DNA of 64,000 nucleotides, from assembly GCA_964658305.1 (NCBI GenBank), contig OZ210885.1, positions 23,188,001-23,252,000 of the forward strand, given 5' to 3'. This DNA is from Leptogorgia sarmentosa (lineage: Eukaryota). Position 1 is the stretch's first letter. Every line of letters begins with the position of its first letter. The translations under genes were made by a program, and so were the position numbers. Below the pieces are notes generated by a model. The model was not told the origin of the DNA and made no database searches. It saw nothing but the letters and a program-made list of their open reading frames with translations. Shown in pieces: positions 62,401 through 64,000 of the stretch.

Positions 62401-63574
62401 ACCTACAATCGTACACAAAATATTTGAGACAAACGCCCCTCTCCCCCAGCTTCAGTGTTGTTTTTGTCATGCATGCGATTTATTGGCCAATTTCCACGTT
62501 GGAAACTCAGGGAAATTGCGTTGGAATGACTGGTGATTAATATAATTGTGCACTAACATCAATAACATGGTTACAACATTGAAATTTGGGGGGAAAGGGG
62601 GTGTATTTTGAAAAGTCTCAATATATTTTGTGTGCGATTGTAGTAGAAATCAGTAATGTAGCTTTACTATTTCTGTTTACAATGGCATCAAAAGAAATAA
62701 ATAGATATAGCACTAATACATTCTATCTGACTAGTTATAAAATTCTTACATTTTCAACAAGTGTATGGACATATAAACGCCGCTCCAACCAAGAACTCAT
62801 TGACCAAAATTAATTGAAGATCCAACGTCTTTGATCTTCGTTAAATAAGCAGCAGTTATGCAATGATGACTTTTTACAGTATTCTGATGAACAGGGTGGT
62901 CCAAGCACCTGTTCTCCAATCTCTTTACCTGTAAGGCTAGTGTAAGCTTTACCTTTGAGCCATTGACTTCTAGGAAAATTCTGTTTCCATGCAATAGGCT
63001 TTGCAATTTTTCAACGTTTTATAGTCTTTTTCTTTACAGTCTATAAAAGTTAACTAGGTATTTAGGTAACCTCCAGTAACCTCAGCTGGTACGTAAATAC
63101 TCCATATTAATACCGTGCAAACAATTCCCACAAATCAATTCCCACTGCCCATTGCAAACACACTCAGAGTTAGGAAACAAATATAAGTAAGGAACACCAT
63201 AGGACTTAATGAAGTGTACAACTGGGTCATTGGTAATATCATTGGTGTCATTATCACAACTCATCATATTGTTTGATTCATGAAGAATCTCATCCAGTTC
63301 AGTTGAAGATGATTGAAAATCATCAGACAAATTATCAGCCAGTTCATCAAGTCCAGGTAGCTCATTCCCATCACATCATCAGCTGTATTATTGTCTTCAC
63401 TACTATCTGTATTCGCACTGTCTACTTTTTCACTATCTTTATGGTGAAAAAAAGGCCATGATCAATATCTATTAACTGCATGAAATGGAACCTGTCCATC
63501 AATGAAAAACAAGCAAATAAACACTACACTACTCACTAGGCCATTTTGAAATAAAAAATATTGCTTTATCACTA

Positions 63575-64000
63575 CAAGTGCATCTCAAAAAATTAGAATA
63601 TTGTGGAAAAGTTGATTGTTTACTGTCATATAATTTCCAACATAAAAAATGGGAAATCTACAAAATCAATGGAAGATGAGATAAAGGAATTTAAATCCAA
63701 TTTTATTTTAAGTACTCAATCACAGCGTGCAGGTCATTAAAAACAGAAATTTGGTATCTCAAAATATTAGAATAATATATACTTTCCACCAGTACGCATA
63801 ACTTTTTGGGATTATATGAGTAAAACAATTTCATGCAAATGTACAACCACAAGCGTTAGGTGCCCAATAATGTCTTTATATACGAATGTCAACAACTGCA
63901 GGGCAACCATGGGAAAAAAGTCAGATCTAACTGATATTCAGAAGACCATTATTGACACATTGCACAAAGAAGGAAAGACTCAGAAAAGGATTGCTGAAAG
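63575..64000 (+). mobile_element. Tc1-like transposon left end
   Basis: TA|CAAGTGCATCTCAAAAAATTAGAATA, with an inner direct repeat TCTCAAAATATTAGAATA near 63757. Confidence 0.88.
63909..64000 (+). CDS. Tc1 transposase N-terminus, runs off the window
   Basis: MGKKSDLTDIQKTIIDTLHKEGKTQKRIAE, a paired-like HTH start. Confidence 0.85.
   Translation, partial: MGKKSDLTDIQKTIIDTLHKEGKTQKRIAE

Overview
This window is eukaryotic, AT-rich and almost entirely made of nested, mostly decayed transposable elements. GT-AG introns and the TE repertoire suggest a marine invertebrate, possibly a cnidarian (inference). I found no ordinary host gene, rRNA, tRNA or CRISPR array. Recognisable elements: hAT; several BEL/Pao and two Gypsy LTR retrotransposon remnants; a structurally complete intron-containing Academ element (transposase + XPG/FEN1-like nuclease + Cys-rich tail); a Sola3-like element with an uninterrupted 947-aa ORF; Sola1; an inverted pair of P/THAP9 remnants; Helitron/Helentron pieces; two deleted PIF/Harbinger elements; a CMC/EnSpm-like shell; a Tc1 5' end; and several MITEs. 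The most interesting signal is a set of IS3EU-like integrase-type DNA transposons whose convergent partner gene is a protein-modifying enzyme: an alpha-kinase in one and a HECT E3 ligase in another. All family assignments come from motif recognition by eye, not from database searches.
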